A stretch of 64,000 nucleotides of DNA. Source: Candidatus Moraniibacteriota bacterium. Lineage in GTDB: Bacteria; Patescibacteriota; Minisyncoccia; Moranbacterales; GCA-2747515. The translations under genes and the position numbers were made by a program. The DNA lies in assembly GCA_942490825.1 (NCBI GenBank), contig CALNYG010000003.1:68105-132104 (forward strand), given 5' to 3'. Below the pieces are notes generated by a model, which was not told the DNA's origin, did no database searches, and saw nothing but the letters and a program-made list of their open reading frames with translations. Shown here one piece after another: positions 28,495 to 37,237 of this stretch (positions within the stretch are counted from its first letter, which is position 1; each line of letters opens with the position of its first letter).

Positions 28495-29267
28495 GGTATT
28501 GCTACTCAAATATAGAAATAGCAATTTCTCTGTGCATGAATAGCAAGATTGTATTTTCAACCATTTCAATACTTTTAGAATAACAATGAGTTTTCCTATG
28601 AAATCTTGCTATATAATGTCTTAATTGATTATTCATTCCTTCAACTGTAAAAGTCTCTGCTTTTGTTTGAATGTGCTTATCTTTTGGTAAAAATTTTTTA
28701 TAAACATCCCAATGATCTGAACAGTATTTATCGCAATCAATTTTTTTGATTTTGTCCCATAATTTTCTTCCAGTTTTTTCACCTCTTGTCCCTATCACGA
28801 AATCAATTATTATTTTACTAGATCTATCAACTGCAAGCCAAATCCAGGCTTTTTTCTTTTTTTTAACACAAAATGCCACATTTCATCTAATTCCATTTTT
28901 TCTATTTTCCAATATTTTACTTCTTTTTTACTTTTTAAAATATTCCTTAATTTTTTAGTTGCTTTTTTTACCCATCTTAATATACTAACGTTACTAACTT
29001 TCAGTATTCTTCCTATTGATCTAAATCCTAGTCCCTCTAAATACATTTCAATTGCTTTTTTCTTAATTTATTTAGGTTTTCCTCTTTTTGTAAATATAGA
29101 AAAGTTATATCTACATTCTTTACATAGATATCTTTGTTTTTTATTTACTTTACCATTTTTAACATAATTCTTATTATTGCAATGAGGGCATTTAATTTTC
29201 ATTTTTTTGTTTTTAGGTATTTAATTACCTATTCATTTTACATTATCTATAGTTTGGTAGCAATACC
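28495..29267 (-). mobile_element. IS1-family insertion sequence, copy 1 (773 bp)
   Basis: Ends GGTATTGCTAC / GTAGCAATACC. Perfect 8-bp target duplication CGATTTTT at 28487-28494 and 29268-29275. By eye, identical to copy 2 except for 3 substitutions at 29070, 29096 and 29110. Confidence 0.9.
28502..29202 (-). pseudogene. IS1 transposase with a nonsense mutation in the insA part
   Basis: Relative to copy 2, GAA to TAA at 29068-29070 truncates InsA, leaving an ORF only from MYLEGLG. There are two further missense changes (S to R, R to I). Confidence 0.75.
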
Positions 29268-31140
29268 CGATTTTTTTTATTTTTTTACCATATGTATCTT
29301 TTTCCTCATCAGATAAATTAGGTAAATTATTTATAAGTTCTTCAACTCTAACTAATTCTTTTTTAATTTCTTCGCTGAGCTCTTTATTTTCTGAATTTTC
29401 TTCTTGTTCTTGATTTTCTTCCTTATCTTTTAGCTCTTTTTCTATTTTATCAGTTCTATATTCTAAATTTCTATCTTTAAGAGTATCTGAAATTTTTAAT
29501 ATCTGTACATCTAATTCTTGAAGTCTTCCATTTTCATTATTAATTTCTTCTAAAATTATTTGATTCCTCTCTTTAACAAGTTTTACAAATTCTTCCTGCA
29601 ATTCATTATCGCTCATGTTTTCAAAAGACATGTTTGAATCAATTCCTCCAACCTGTTCTGAATTTTGAAGTTGTTCTTTTTTAGCTTCTAATTCTTCTTG
29701 TTTTTTAGTTAGCTCTTCTATAACTTTTGGATCACCTCCACCTTCTTTCTCAAATTCTTTCAATTTATCACCTCTAATTTGTGCTATTTGTTCTTCTATA
29801 GAATCTAAAGTTTCTTCACCTAATGGTTTTTCAACTGCTTTTAAGCCATCGGCTAAAAGTTCTTCATCAACACCCTCCTCAAGCTTTTTTCCTGTGACTT
29901 CTTCTTTAATGTTTTTGTTGGTCGACACAAACTCGCCACCATGGTTTTTTATTGCTTCTCTCCAACGTTCTAATTTGCCAGTCATTTCTTCTACTTGAAT
30001 TTCTTCAATTACATTATCAGGCATCTTTTCAAAATGAACTCTCCCATCATTTTGATTAAATCTAATAACTTTAAGCCTCATTGATGCTTCTTTAAGATCC
30101 CACCATCCATCTTCACCTACATGAAGTTCCTTATTAATTTCTTTAATTTCAACAGATGAAAATTTTTCTTTTGAATTTTCGATAACACCTGAGTCTTTCT
30201 GGCTACCTTTTTTTTCTTTAGAAGTAGCTTTATTATCAGTATTATTACCTTTTTTTTCTTCACTTTCTAAATTTCCACTACCTTTCAATAATTCCTTAAT
30301 TTCCCTAGCTATTTTTAAATGTTCTTTATAATCATACACCTGTTTCCCTTTGTCTGTATCAAATTTAGATGCCCCAATCTTATCAAAAAGTTCATGTACT
30401 CTGTCCCTTAACTCCTGTGTTTCCCAAGCATTAGAATCATCCAAACTCTTAATTTCTTCTTTTATTCTATGAACAATCCCACTTTTTCCCATTTCAGAAT
30501 AAGCCTGTTCTTGAGTTAAATCTTCTTCTTTCTCATTATCATTTTTTAATATTTCTTCGGAAGGAGCTGTGTTTTTTTCTGACGAACTTAAATCATGATC
30601 AAAACCACCTATAGCATCATTTTCGGGATCTTGAATATTTTTTTTTCTATTCTCCTCATTATAATTCATTCTCCTATCAATTGTTTTATTTCTAAACTCA
30701 TCATCAAAAGATTGTTTTTCTTCACTTGACCAAGTTTCAAAAGTTTCTTTTCCCATATTATTTTTATTTTTAAAAAAGTTATTCTATATAATTAACATAC
30801 TATAATTATATCATAAAAATAAAAATTCTCCCAACAAGCCCAAGCTAATTTTAATCAAGAAAATTTAACCTCAAACACTCATTAAAATTCTTAAAAAATC
30901 TGCATTATACAATTTCAATTTAAGCATAACAACACGAAAAAATCTCGAAATTTACATAAAATTAAAAAGTTTAAGATCTTCCAAAAGATATTCTCTGCCT
31001 ATAACATTTATTTTATCTCTCAACTTAGTTATCGCTACTCTCAAGATGACATATTTATGAATTTCCAAAAAAGTCTATCACATTTTTCCAAACTAATAAT
31101 TTAAAAATAACCTAAAAAACATAATTGATTTCTTATTTTT

Positions 31141-31175
31141 TGCAACCCTCCCCTAAGAAGGGTTGCATTTTCTCA
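31141..31175 (+). terminator. orphan terminator-like hairpin in a non-coding region
   Basis: TGCAACCCT (31141-31149) pairs with AGGGTTGCA (31159-31167), followed by TTTTCTC. No ORF upstream on the plus strand. Confidence 0.5.
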
Positions 31176-31512
31176 AATTTTAATATATAATACTTTCTAA
31201 CTGTACGAAATTTTGAACATTATTTTTTCAAATGAGTATAGTGTAAAGAAAAGAATGGTTATTATCTACAACCATTCTTTTAAAATTTAAACCGATTTTT
31301 GTTTCATTAAAAATTATAGAAATTATCTGAAACTTTTTAGAATTGTTTAAGATTGTTTATCCAATGCAGGTGTATCATTTATTTGGCCAGCTTGATTTGG
31401 GTTAATAATTTGTTATTGATTATTTAATCCTAAAACTTTTTCTTTAGTGAAGCAAAGAAAAAGTTTTAAAAGTTTGTTTCGGGTATGGGTGATTTTTAGA
31501 GAGGGTCGCCCG

Positions 31513-31950
31513 CCCAACTGAGTTTATTATTTTTTAAAAATAGTGAATTCGGTTGGGAATTTTGGTATTATATTTTGAATTCTACTTAAGGAAAGCTTAA
31601 TGAAATTAGGAATTTTAACACTTTTAGTTAGTTCATTATTAATTTTAGACGGTTTAATAGCACTACCGTTATTTTTAATAGTAGCATATATTGCGCTTGA
31701 ACTGCTACTTATTTGGTAAAACTTTTGCAACGTACAAAGTCTTACCAATCCAACCAAATTTATTATTCAAAAAAATAGTAGGTTTAGTTAGATTTTTATA
31801 AATAAAAGTTACTGTCCCACCAGAATGGTTGACGGGTCTTAAATGGCGTGTTAGGCTTTTATTTAAGTTGATAAAAGATAGGTTATTAAAAAATGTTTTA
31901 ATAGTTATTTCAACTGAATTTATTATTTTTGAATAGTGAATTTAGTTGGG
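31513..31950. repeat. three copies of a ~41-45-bp imperfect palindrome (CCCAACTGAGTTTATTATTTTTTAAAAATAGTGAATTCGGTTGGG type)
   Basis: Copies at 31513-31557, 31751-31791 and 31910-31950. The outer arms CCCAAC/GTTGGG are complementary. Confidence 0.65.
31600..31719 (+). CDS. 39-aa hydrophobic mini-ORF (speculative)
   Basis: AAGGAAAG lies 4 nt before the ATG. Encodes MKLGILTLLVSSLLILDGLIALPLFLIVAYIALELLLIW. Bracketed by palindrome copies 1 and 2. Confidence 0.25.
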   Translation: MKLGILTLLVSSLLILDGLIALPLFLIVAYIALELLLIW

Positions 31951-32052
31951 AGAATTTCGAAACGTTCGAGATAATTCCTATTGTACCTTACAGACTTTGA
32001 CGTTTGGTTAAAGTCTAAATATCAATTTCCTAATTTAAAAGGAGAAAGGGAA

Positions 32053-32310
32053 ATGAAAAAGTTATTAGTTGTTTTAATACTACTCATTGTAGTATTATCT
32101 GGAAATGCAATCTCAGCTGCACAACAACCTGTATTTCCAAAAGACTATTATCCATACCCCACTCATGGTGAAAATAATTTCAATTTTCATGCACCGCAGC
32201 CTTCAGCAAAACCGAAAATTGAATCATGTAGTCAAATGAAGAAGAGACTGGGGGAAAAGTTTCCATACTTTAGTGTGAAAGCTTGCAAGAAAGCAAGAAA
32301 AAAGGGTTAG
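32053..32310 (+). CDS. small secreted protein
   Basis: AAAGGAGAAAGGG ribosome-binding site and ATG at 32053. Signal peptide MKKLLVVLILLIVVLSGNAISA. The ORF-track start at 31981 is unlikely. Confidence 0.6.
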   Translation: MKKLLVVLILLIVVLSGNAISAAQQPVFPKDYYPYPTHGENNFNFHAPQPSAKPKIESCSQMKKRLGEKFPYFSVKACKKARKKG

Positions 32311-32366
32311 ACCAAATGACAGAGAATTAAAAAAAATATTTTTCTATATTTCTCTATAATTTTGTC

Positions 32367-32407
32367 GCTCAGCTGTATTTTATTTTATACAGCTGAGCTT
32401 TTTTTAT
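32367..32407 (+). terminator. rho-independent terminator
   Basis: GCTCAGCTGTA-loop-TACAGCTGAGC followed by TTTTTTTATTTT. Confidence 0.9.
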
Positions 32408-32452
32408 TTTAAAAACCTTTACAAACCCCAAAAACTAAACTATCATAAAATA

Positions 32453-33344
32453 ATGAATACACAAACTCAACCAACCATCCTAACCCTCGGACCAAAACAT
32501 ACCTTTTCCGATTTGCAAATCCCCCACTTTCAAAAAATTATTTCTAAAAAAGAAAAACCTTACGCAAAAAGTCTCAAAAAAAACTTTTCAGAAATAACAA
32601 AAACACTCAAAGAAAACCTCCACTATCTTGCTGTCGTTCCTTTAGAAAATAGTATTCAGGGAGATGTAACGGAAGTTCTGGATGCAATCTACAGTCAAGA
32701 TTTCAAAATTTTAGCGGGACACTGGCAATCAATTCACCTATCACTTTGCGGAGTTAAAAAAATAAGTGCTGAAAATTATAAAAATATCACTAAAATATTT
32801 TCTCATCCGCAACCACTTTCCCAAGCAAAAAAATATCTTGATGAAAATTTTCCTAACGCTGAGCGAATAGAAATGACTTCAACTGCTGAAGCGATCCGTT
32901 ATGTCGCTGAAGAAAAAAATGAAAACTTTTTAGCCGTCGGTCCAAAAGAATCTGGTGAATTTTACGATTTAGAAATTTTAGCTAAAAACATTGAAAGTTC
33001 AAAAAACAATCAAACTTTTTTTGTTTTGTTGTCCAACTCAAACCGTAGGGGTGTATTGCAATACGCCCCTACAACAAAACGTGCAAAACAAAAACCATGA
33101 AACCGCCCTAGCCTTCACATTCAATTATGACAAACCATCTTCCCTATTTAATGTTTTGCAATTTTTTGCTAAAGAAGAAATTAACTTAACAAAAATCGTT
33201 TCTCGACCAACTGGTGAAAAACGACATGATTATATTTTCTATTTAAACTTCGAAGGAAAGATTAGTGACAATCGAAATCTTTTAGAAAATATAAAATCAG
33301 AAACTAAAGAATTAAAAATCTTAGGTGAATATTTAGTTTTTTAA
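32453..33344 (+). pseudogene. pheA: prephenate dehydratase disrupted by a frame-shifting insertion
   Basis: The PDT domain (ORF 32453-33100, ...NNQTFFVLLSNSN) and the ACT domain (ORF 32991-33344, INLTKIVSRP...YIFYLNFEG) are in different frames. The total span is 892 nt (3n+1). Confidence 0.8.
33045..33072. repeat. 28-nt GC-rich palindrome inside pheA
   Basis: GTAGGGGTGTATTG|CAATACGCCCCTAC forms 14-bp arms with one G-T pair. Removing 33044-33083 (40 nt) joins the two pheA frames. Confidence 0.8.
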
Positions 33345-33354
33345 AAAATGATTT

Positions 33355-33390
33355 AATGCGATGTGAAATTTTTCACATCGCATTTTTTAA
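33355..33390 (+). terminator. rho-independent terminator after pheA
   Basis: AATGCGATGTGAAA-TT-TTTCACATCGCATT followed by TTTT. Confidence 0.9.
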
Positions 33391-33420
33391 CGCTTACACA
33401 AATTACAACGGCCTTGTACT

Positions 33421-33621
33421 TTAATGGCGGCCTCCTTGTTTTTTGTAGTAAGCCTCTTGAAGGCTACCTGGATAATACTCATCTCCATCTTTTTTACGCT
33501 TTTTAATTTTAGTGGAGACCTTATCTTTTTCTGTCTTATCAGTAGGTGTTATTGTTGTTAACGGAATCAACGCTGAAAGGTCTTTTTGAGCCCTCTTATT
33601 TGCTTTGTCGTGAGCATTCAT
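33421..33621 (-). CDS. small basic protein, unknown
   Basis: 66 aa. AAGGAG sits 6 nt upstream of the ATG. Confidence 0.55.
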   Translation of the reverse strand: MNAHDKANKRAQKDLSALIPLTTITPTDKTEKDKVSTKIKKRKKDGDEYYPGSLQEAYYKKQGGRH

Positions 33622-33870
33622 GATTTTCTCCTTTATGTTTTAAAAAATAGATAAATTCAATCATTTAAATTTATCCAGTTTATACTGCCAATTAAACCCT
33701 CTAATATTAATAAAAGACTTAATCGGCAGATAAAACCAAAAGAAGAAATAAAACTGACTATAACTAAAAGAACTATAAATCAACAGTTTTATTAACCATT
33801 GATTCAATATCATAGCATTTAAAAAAATACTTGTCAACCACTCTCGCGGTAACATCTCACTTTCCTTGTG

Positions 33871-34150
33871 TGTCATCCTGAAAAATTTTTCTCGCAAAAA
33901 TAAATTAATACTTTAAAATATATCTTGATAGAATTACCAACTAATAAATTAAAATGAACCTCAAAAAAATTTATTCAGGATCTCATAGTATAACTAAACT
34001 TTAATTTAAAATTTATACTTTATTGTACGCTCCTAGATCCTGAATAAACTATTTTTTCAAATATTGTGATAATTTTAAATTAATTGATTAAATAAAGATC
34101 ATCTTAAAATTTAAAAATAAAATAAAATAAAAATAATTTTTCAGGATGAC
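33871..34150. repeat. empty nested inverted-repeat cassette (CCTGAA type)
   Basis: Outer arms are a perfect 16-bp pair: GTCATCCTGAAAAATT (33872-33887) and AATTTTTCAGGATGAC (34135-34150). Inner arms are a perfect 12-bp pair: TTATTCAGGATC (33971-33982) and GATCCTGAATAA (34036-34047). No ORF between them. Confidence 0.75.
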
Positions 34151-34178
34151 CTGTGTGAAGAGTTACCAGTTTAATGCA

Positions 34179-34290
34179 GGAACGGGTTTTACAACCCGTT
34201 CCACACGTTTCAAAAAAGTTTTAAAATAAACTCAAGAATAAATCTCAATCCGCCACAAAAACATTAGGAACTAGTTTTATAACTAGTTCC
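34179..34290 (-). terminator. paired-hairpin element downstream of 34322-35269 (family shared with 12291-12363)
   Basis: GGAACTAGTT-TTAT-AACTAGTTCC at 34267-34290 is followed on the minus strand by TAATGTTTTT. A second hairpin, GGAACGGG-TTTTACAA-CCCGTTCC, lies at 34179-34202. Confidence 0.6.
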
Positions 34291-34321
34291 TGTAAATATC
34301 TCAACCAAATTAATTTTATAA

Positions 34322-35269
34322 TTAAAATCTCTCAACAACCTTCACAGAATAATTCATCCTCTCCCTAGACTTATAATAATTCTTAATTGTAATATCTATT
34401 AAAAATCCAAATACAAAAAACTGAACTCCCAGCATAATAAAAAATACTCCCATCAGTGGCCAAATCCTTTCCGAAATAGATGCCTGATAAACAATTTTTT
34501 CAATCGCCATCCAAAACAAAATCAAAGAACCAAAAGAAATCAAAACAATTCCACCACCACCAAAAAAATGCAAAGGACGAGACGCATACTTTCGCCAAAA
34601 CCAAATCATCACCATATCCACAAAACCCTTAACGCTCCTCTTCCAATTATATTTTGTCACACCCACAGTCCGCGCATAATGAGAAACCTTAACCTCCCCC
34701 ACCGTATAACCATCAGACTCCAAAATAGCAGGAATAAATCGATGCATTTCTCCAAATAAATCAATTGTCTTCAAAGCGTCTGCAGAATAAACTTTCAAAC
34801 TACAACCTGAATCATGAATAGAATCTTTTAATAAGATCTTTCGCAACTTATCTGCAGTTCGAGAAAAAAACTTTTTACTAAAATCATCTTTTCGATCAAA
34901 TCGCCAACCAGACACAACATCAAATCCCTCTTCCATTTTTTCTAAAATTTTTGGAATATCTGCAGGATCATTTTGTAAATCACCGTCCATCGTAATAATT
35001 TTTTCTCCTCGAGCCTGTTTAAATCCAGCATCAAAAGCCGCTGTCTGTCCAAAGTTTTTTCGCAACTGAATAAAAACTAAAGGTGAACATTGTTTACATT
35101 CCTCAACAGTTTTATCACTAGAACCATCATCTACAAAAATAATCTCAAAACTCTGATTCAAAGAATTACAAGCATCTAAAATTTTCTTGTGCAAATTCAA
35201 AACATTTCCCTCCTCATTATAAAGCGGTACTACAATTGAAATGTCGATTTTTTCTGAATTATTTTCCAT
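34322..35269 (-). CDS. GT2 polyprenol-phosphate glycosyltransferase (GtrB/ArnC-like)
   Basis: ISIVVPLYNEEGNV...IIFVDDGSSDKT...TMDGDLQNDP, with two C-terminal TM helices. Confidence 0.85.
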   Translation of the reverse strand: MENNSEKIDISIVVPLYNEEGNVLNLHKKILDACNSLNQSFEIIFVDDGSSDKTVEECKQCSPLVFIQLRKNFGQTAAFDAGFKQARGEKIITMDGDLQNDPADIPKILEKMEEGFDVVSGWRFDRKDDFSKKFFSRTADKLRKILLKDSIHDSGCSLKVYSADALKTIDLFGEMHRFIPAILESDGYTVGEVKVSHYARTVGVTKYNWKRSVKGFVDMVMIWFWRKYASRPLHFFGGGGIVLISFGSLILFWMAIEKIVYQASISERIWPLMGVFFIMLGVQFFVFGFLIDITIKNYYKSRERMNYSVKVVERF

Positions 35270-35379
35270 ATTTTCCTTTTAATTTTTTAGTTTATAAATC
35301 ACACTTTATTATTATAAAATAAAAGTACATCAAAATCAAACAGTATGTTATAATTAATACAGATTTTTAAAATAAAAAA

Positions 35380-35396
35380 GTGCTAGCCGCACGGGC
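35380..35396 (+). repeat. GC-box repeat GTGCTAGCCGCACGGGC (copy 3)
   Basis: One substitution relative to 14925-14941. Followed 37 nt later by TGTCATTCTGAACG. Confidence 0.7.
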
Positions 35397-35433
35397 TTTT
35401 TAGGTCAAAAATTTTAAATCTCCACAAGTTTTC

Positions 35434-35491
35434 TGTCATTCTGAACGGATTTATTTTTTACTAGAAAAAATAAAGAAGTGAAGAATCCCCC
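35434..35491 (+). repeat. structured intergenic repeat TGTCATTCTGAACG-[hairpin]-GTGAAGAATCCCCC, copy 2
   Basis: Flanks are identical to 6321-6378. The internal 10-bp stem has a different sequence (TTTATTTTTT/AAAAAATAAA) but the same geometry. Confidence 0.7.
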
Positions 35492-35558
35492 GTAGAGAAT
35501 CATAAAACTTTAAATCTCTTGATCTTACTGCATAAATAAATCTATTTAAACAAAACCT

Positions 35559-36572
35559 ATGAAAATATTAATAACTGGAGGCGCTGGATTCATTGGCTCA
35601 CACACCGTCGTTGAGCTTTTCGAATCTGGACACACGCCCATCATCATTGATAACTTTTCAAATTCAGAAAAATGGATCATTGATCAAATAGAAAAAATTA
35701 GCAAAAAACGACCAATTGTTTACGAAGGTGACTGCAATGACTTAGATTTTTTAAATAAAGTTTTTAAAAAAGAAAGTCAAATCGACGGAATCATTCACTT
35801 TGCCGCTTTTAAAGCAGTTGGCGAATCAATCGATAAACCCCTAGAATATTATAAAAATAATATTCTTTCTTTTATAAATATTCTGGAAACTACAAAAAAA
35901 TATAACACAAAAAATATTGTTTTTTCTTCTTCTGCAACGGTTTATGGCGATCCTGAAAAAAATCCAATCACTGAGAACTTTCCCCGCCAAGAAGCAACTT
36001 GTCCTTATGGAAATACAAAAATAATGTGTGAAGATATTTTACGAGATACAATTACCAGCAAAGTTAAAATGTCTGCCATTTCCCTACGTTATTTCAATCC
36101 AATTGGTGCTCATCCATCTGGATTAATTGGTGAACTACCAATCGGCGTACCCAACAACTTAATTCCTTATATTACACAAACTGCTGCCGGCATTCGAGAA
36201 AAACTAACAATTTTTGGAGATGATTATGAAACCGCTGATGGAACTTGTATTCGTGATTTTATTCACGTTGTTGATTTAGCCAAAGCTCATATTGCCACCC
36301 TTGAATATTTAGAAAAACAAACAACACCTTTTTATGATTTTTTCAATGTCGGAACTGGTCAAGGAAATAGCGTCATGGAATTAATAAAAGTTTTCGAAAA
36401 AGTAAATAATTTGAAACTGAATTATGAAGTTGGAAAAAGAAGACAAGGTGATATTTCACAATGTTGGGCTGATACAAATAAAATAAATAAGATTATTGGT
36501 TGGAAAAATGAAAAAACTTTAGAAGATTCTTTACGAGACGCTTGGAATTGGCAAAAAAAGTTGATTAAATAA
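35559..36572 (+). CDS. galE: UDP-glucose 4-epimerase
   Basis: MKILITGGAGFIGSH Rossmann motif. SSSATVYG and the YGNTK catalytic motif. 337 aa. Confidence 0.9.
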   Translation: MKILITGGAGFIGSHTVVELFESGHTPIIIDNFSNSEKWIIDQIEKISKKRPIVYEGDCNDLDFLNKVFKKESQIDGIIHFAAFKAVGESIDKPLEYYKNNILSFINILETTKKYNTKNIVFSSSATVYGDPEKNPITENFPRQEATCPYGNTKIMCEDILRDTITSKVKMSAISLRYFNPIGAHPSGLIGELPIGVPNNLIPYITQTAAGIREKLTIFGDDYETADGTCIRDFIHVVDLAKAHIATLEYLEKQTTPFYDFFNVGTGQGNSVMELIKVFEKVNNLKLNYEVGKRRQGDISQCWADTNKINKIIGWKNEKTLEDSLRDAWNWQKKLIK

Positions 36573-36621
36573 CTAATTCTAAAGCTAACATCAGTTAATA
36601 ATAAACTCAATTACAAAATAA

Positions 36622-37203
36622 ATGACAAAAATAAATTCAAAATCTAAGATATTTTTTAAATTAATAATATTAATACTTGCTTTATATTTTTTATATTTTG
36701 TTGGATCAATATTTTATGAAAGAAATTTTATTAAAAATGAAATTAATTTAACAGAAGAAAAAGATGAGCAGACCGAATTAGAAAAATTAAAAAATCGACC
36801 TCCTATAAATACAGAAATTTCCTCGCCTAAAGAAAACCCAGAATTAGATAATTCAGATGATAAATCTGAAAGTAATAATTTCGAACGAGAAAGTCAATTA
36901 GAAATTTCTCGAAACGACTGTGATAACCAATGTAAAAATTATACAGAAATAAGTAAATTAGAATATTGTAAGCAAGTTTGTGGTTTGATATCAATGGAAA
37001 AGACTAAGGGAAATGAGAACAGTAAAGCAGACGATGTTGGAAAAGCTTGTGAAGAATTTATCGGAATAAAAAAAGATTATTGTTGGCGCGATCAAGCGAT
37101 TGACGAAACAAATTTTGAAAAATGTAAAAAAATAAAAGATGGCAATGTCTATAAACAATGTAAAAATAGAATTACTGAAGATATAGCTGATAGTCAATTT
37201 TAA
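36622..37203 (+). CDS. N-terminally anchored Cys-rich protein
   Basis: 193 aa. One TM helix (FFKLIILILALYFLYFVGSIF), an acidic linker and 8 Cys in the C-terminal half. Confidence 0.5.
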   Translation: MTKINSKSKIFFKLIILILALYFLYFVGSIFYERNFIKNEINLTEEKDEQTELEKLKNRPPINTEISSPKENPELDNSDDKSESNNFERESQLEISRNDCDNQCKNYTEISKLEYCKQVCGLISMEKTKGNENSKADDVGKACEEFIGIKKDYCWRDQAIDETNFEKCKKIKDGNVYKQCKNRITEDIADSQF

Positions 37204-37237
37204 TATAAAAACTCTTACAAAAATAATTTAAAAAAAC

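Larger units (their letters stand above)
26370..30756 (-). pseudogene. large acidic coiled-coil / Gly-rich TM protein gene interrupted by IS1
   Basis: ORF 29233-30756 runs into the IS end. The frame of ORF 26370-28346 stays open up to the IS at 28494. Removing the IS and one 8-bp duplication gives 3606 nt in frame (1201 aa). Confidence 0.8.

Noticed and set aside
28746-29316. Plus-strand ORFs inside the IS1 copies: 28746-28958 and 29134-29316, and their twins at 54726-54938 and 55114-55368.
   Set aside because: They are antisense to the transposase frames, and their low-complexity Phe/Leu/Ile-rich translations are typical of AT-rich antisense strands.
31527-31757. 76-aa minus-strand ORF in the non-coding stretch.
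   Set aside because: It spans two palindrome copies, is antisense to the better-supported mini-ORF, and has no ribosome-binding site or recognisable features.
33661-33897. 78-aa ORF (MREKFFRMTHKESEM...).
   Set aside because: Its 5' part is a translation of the TGTCATCCTGAAAAA cassette arm. It has no ribosome-binding site and a low-complexity sequence, so it is a repeat read-through.
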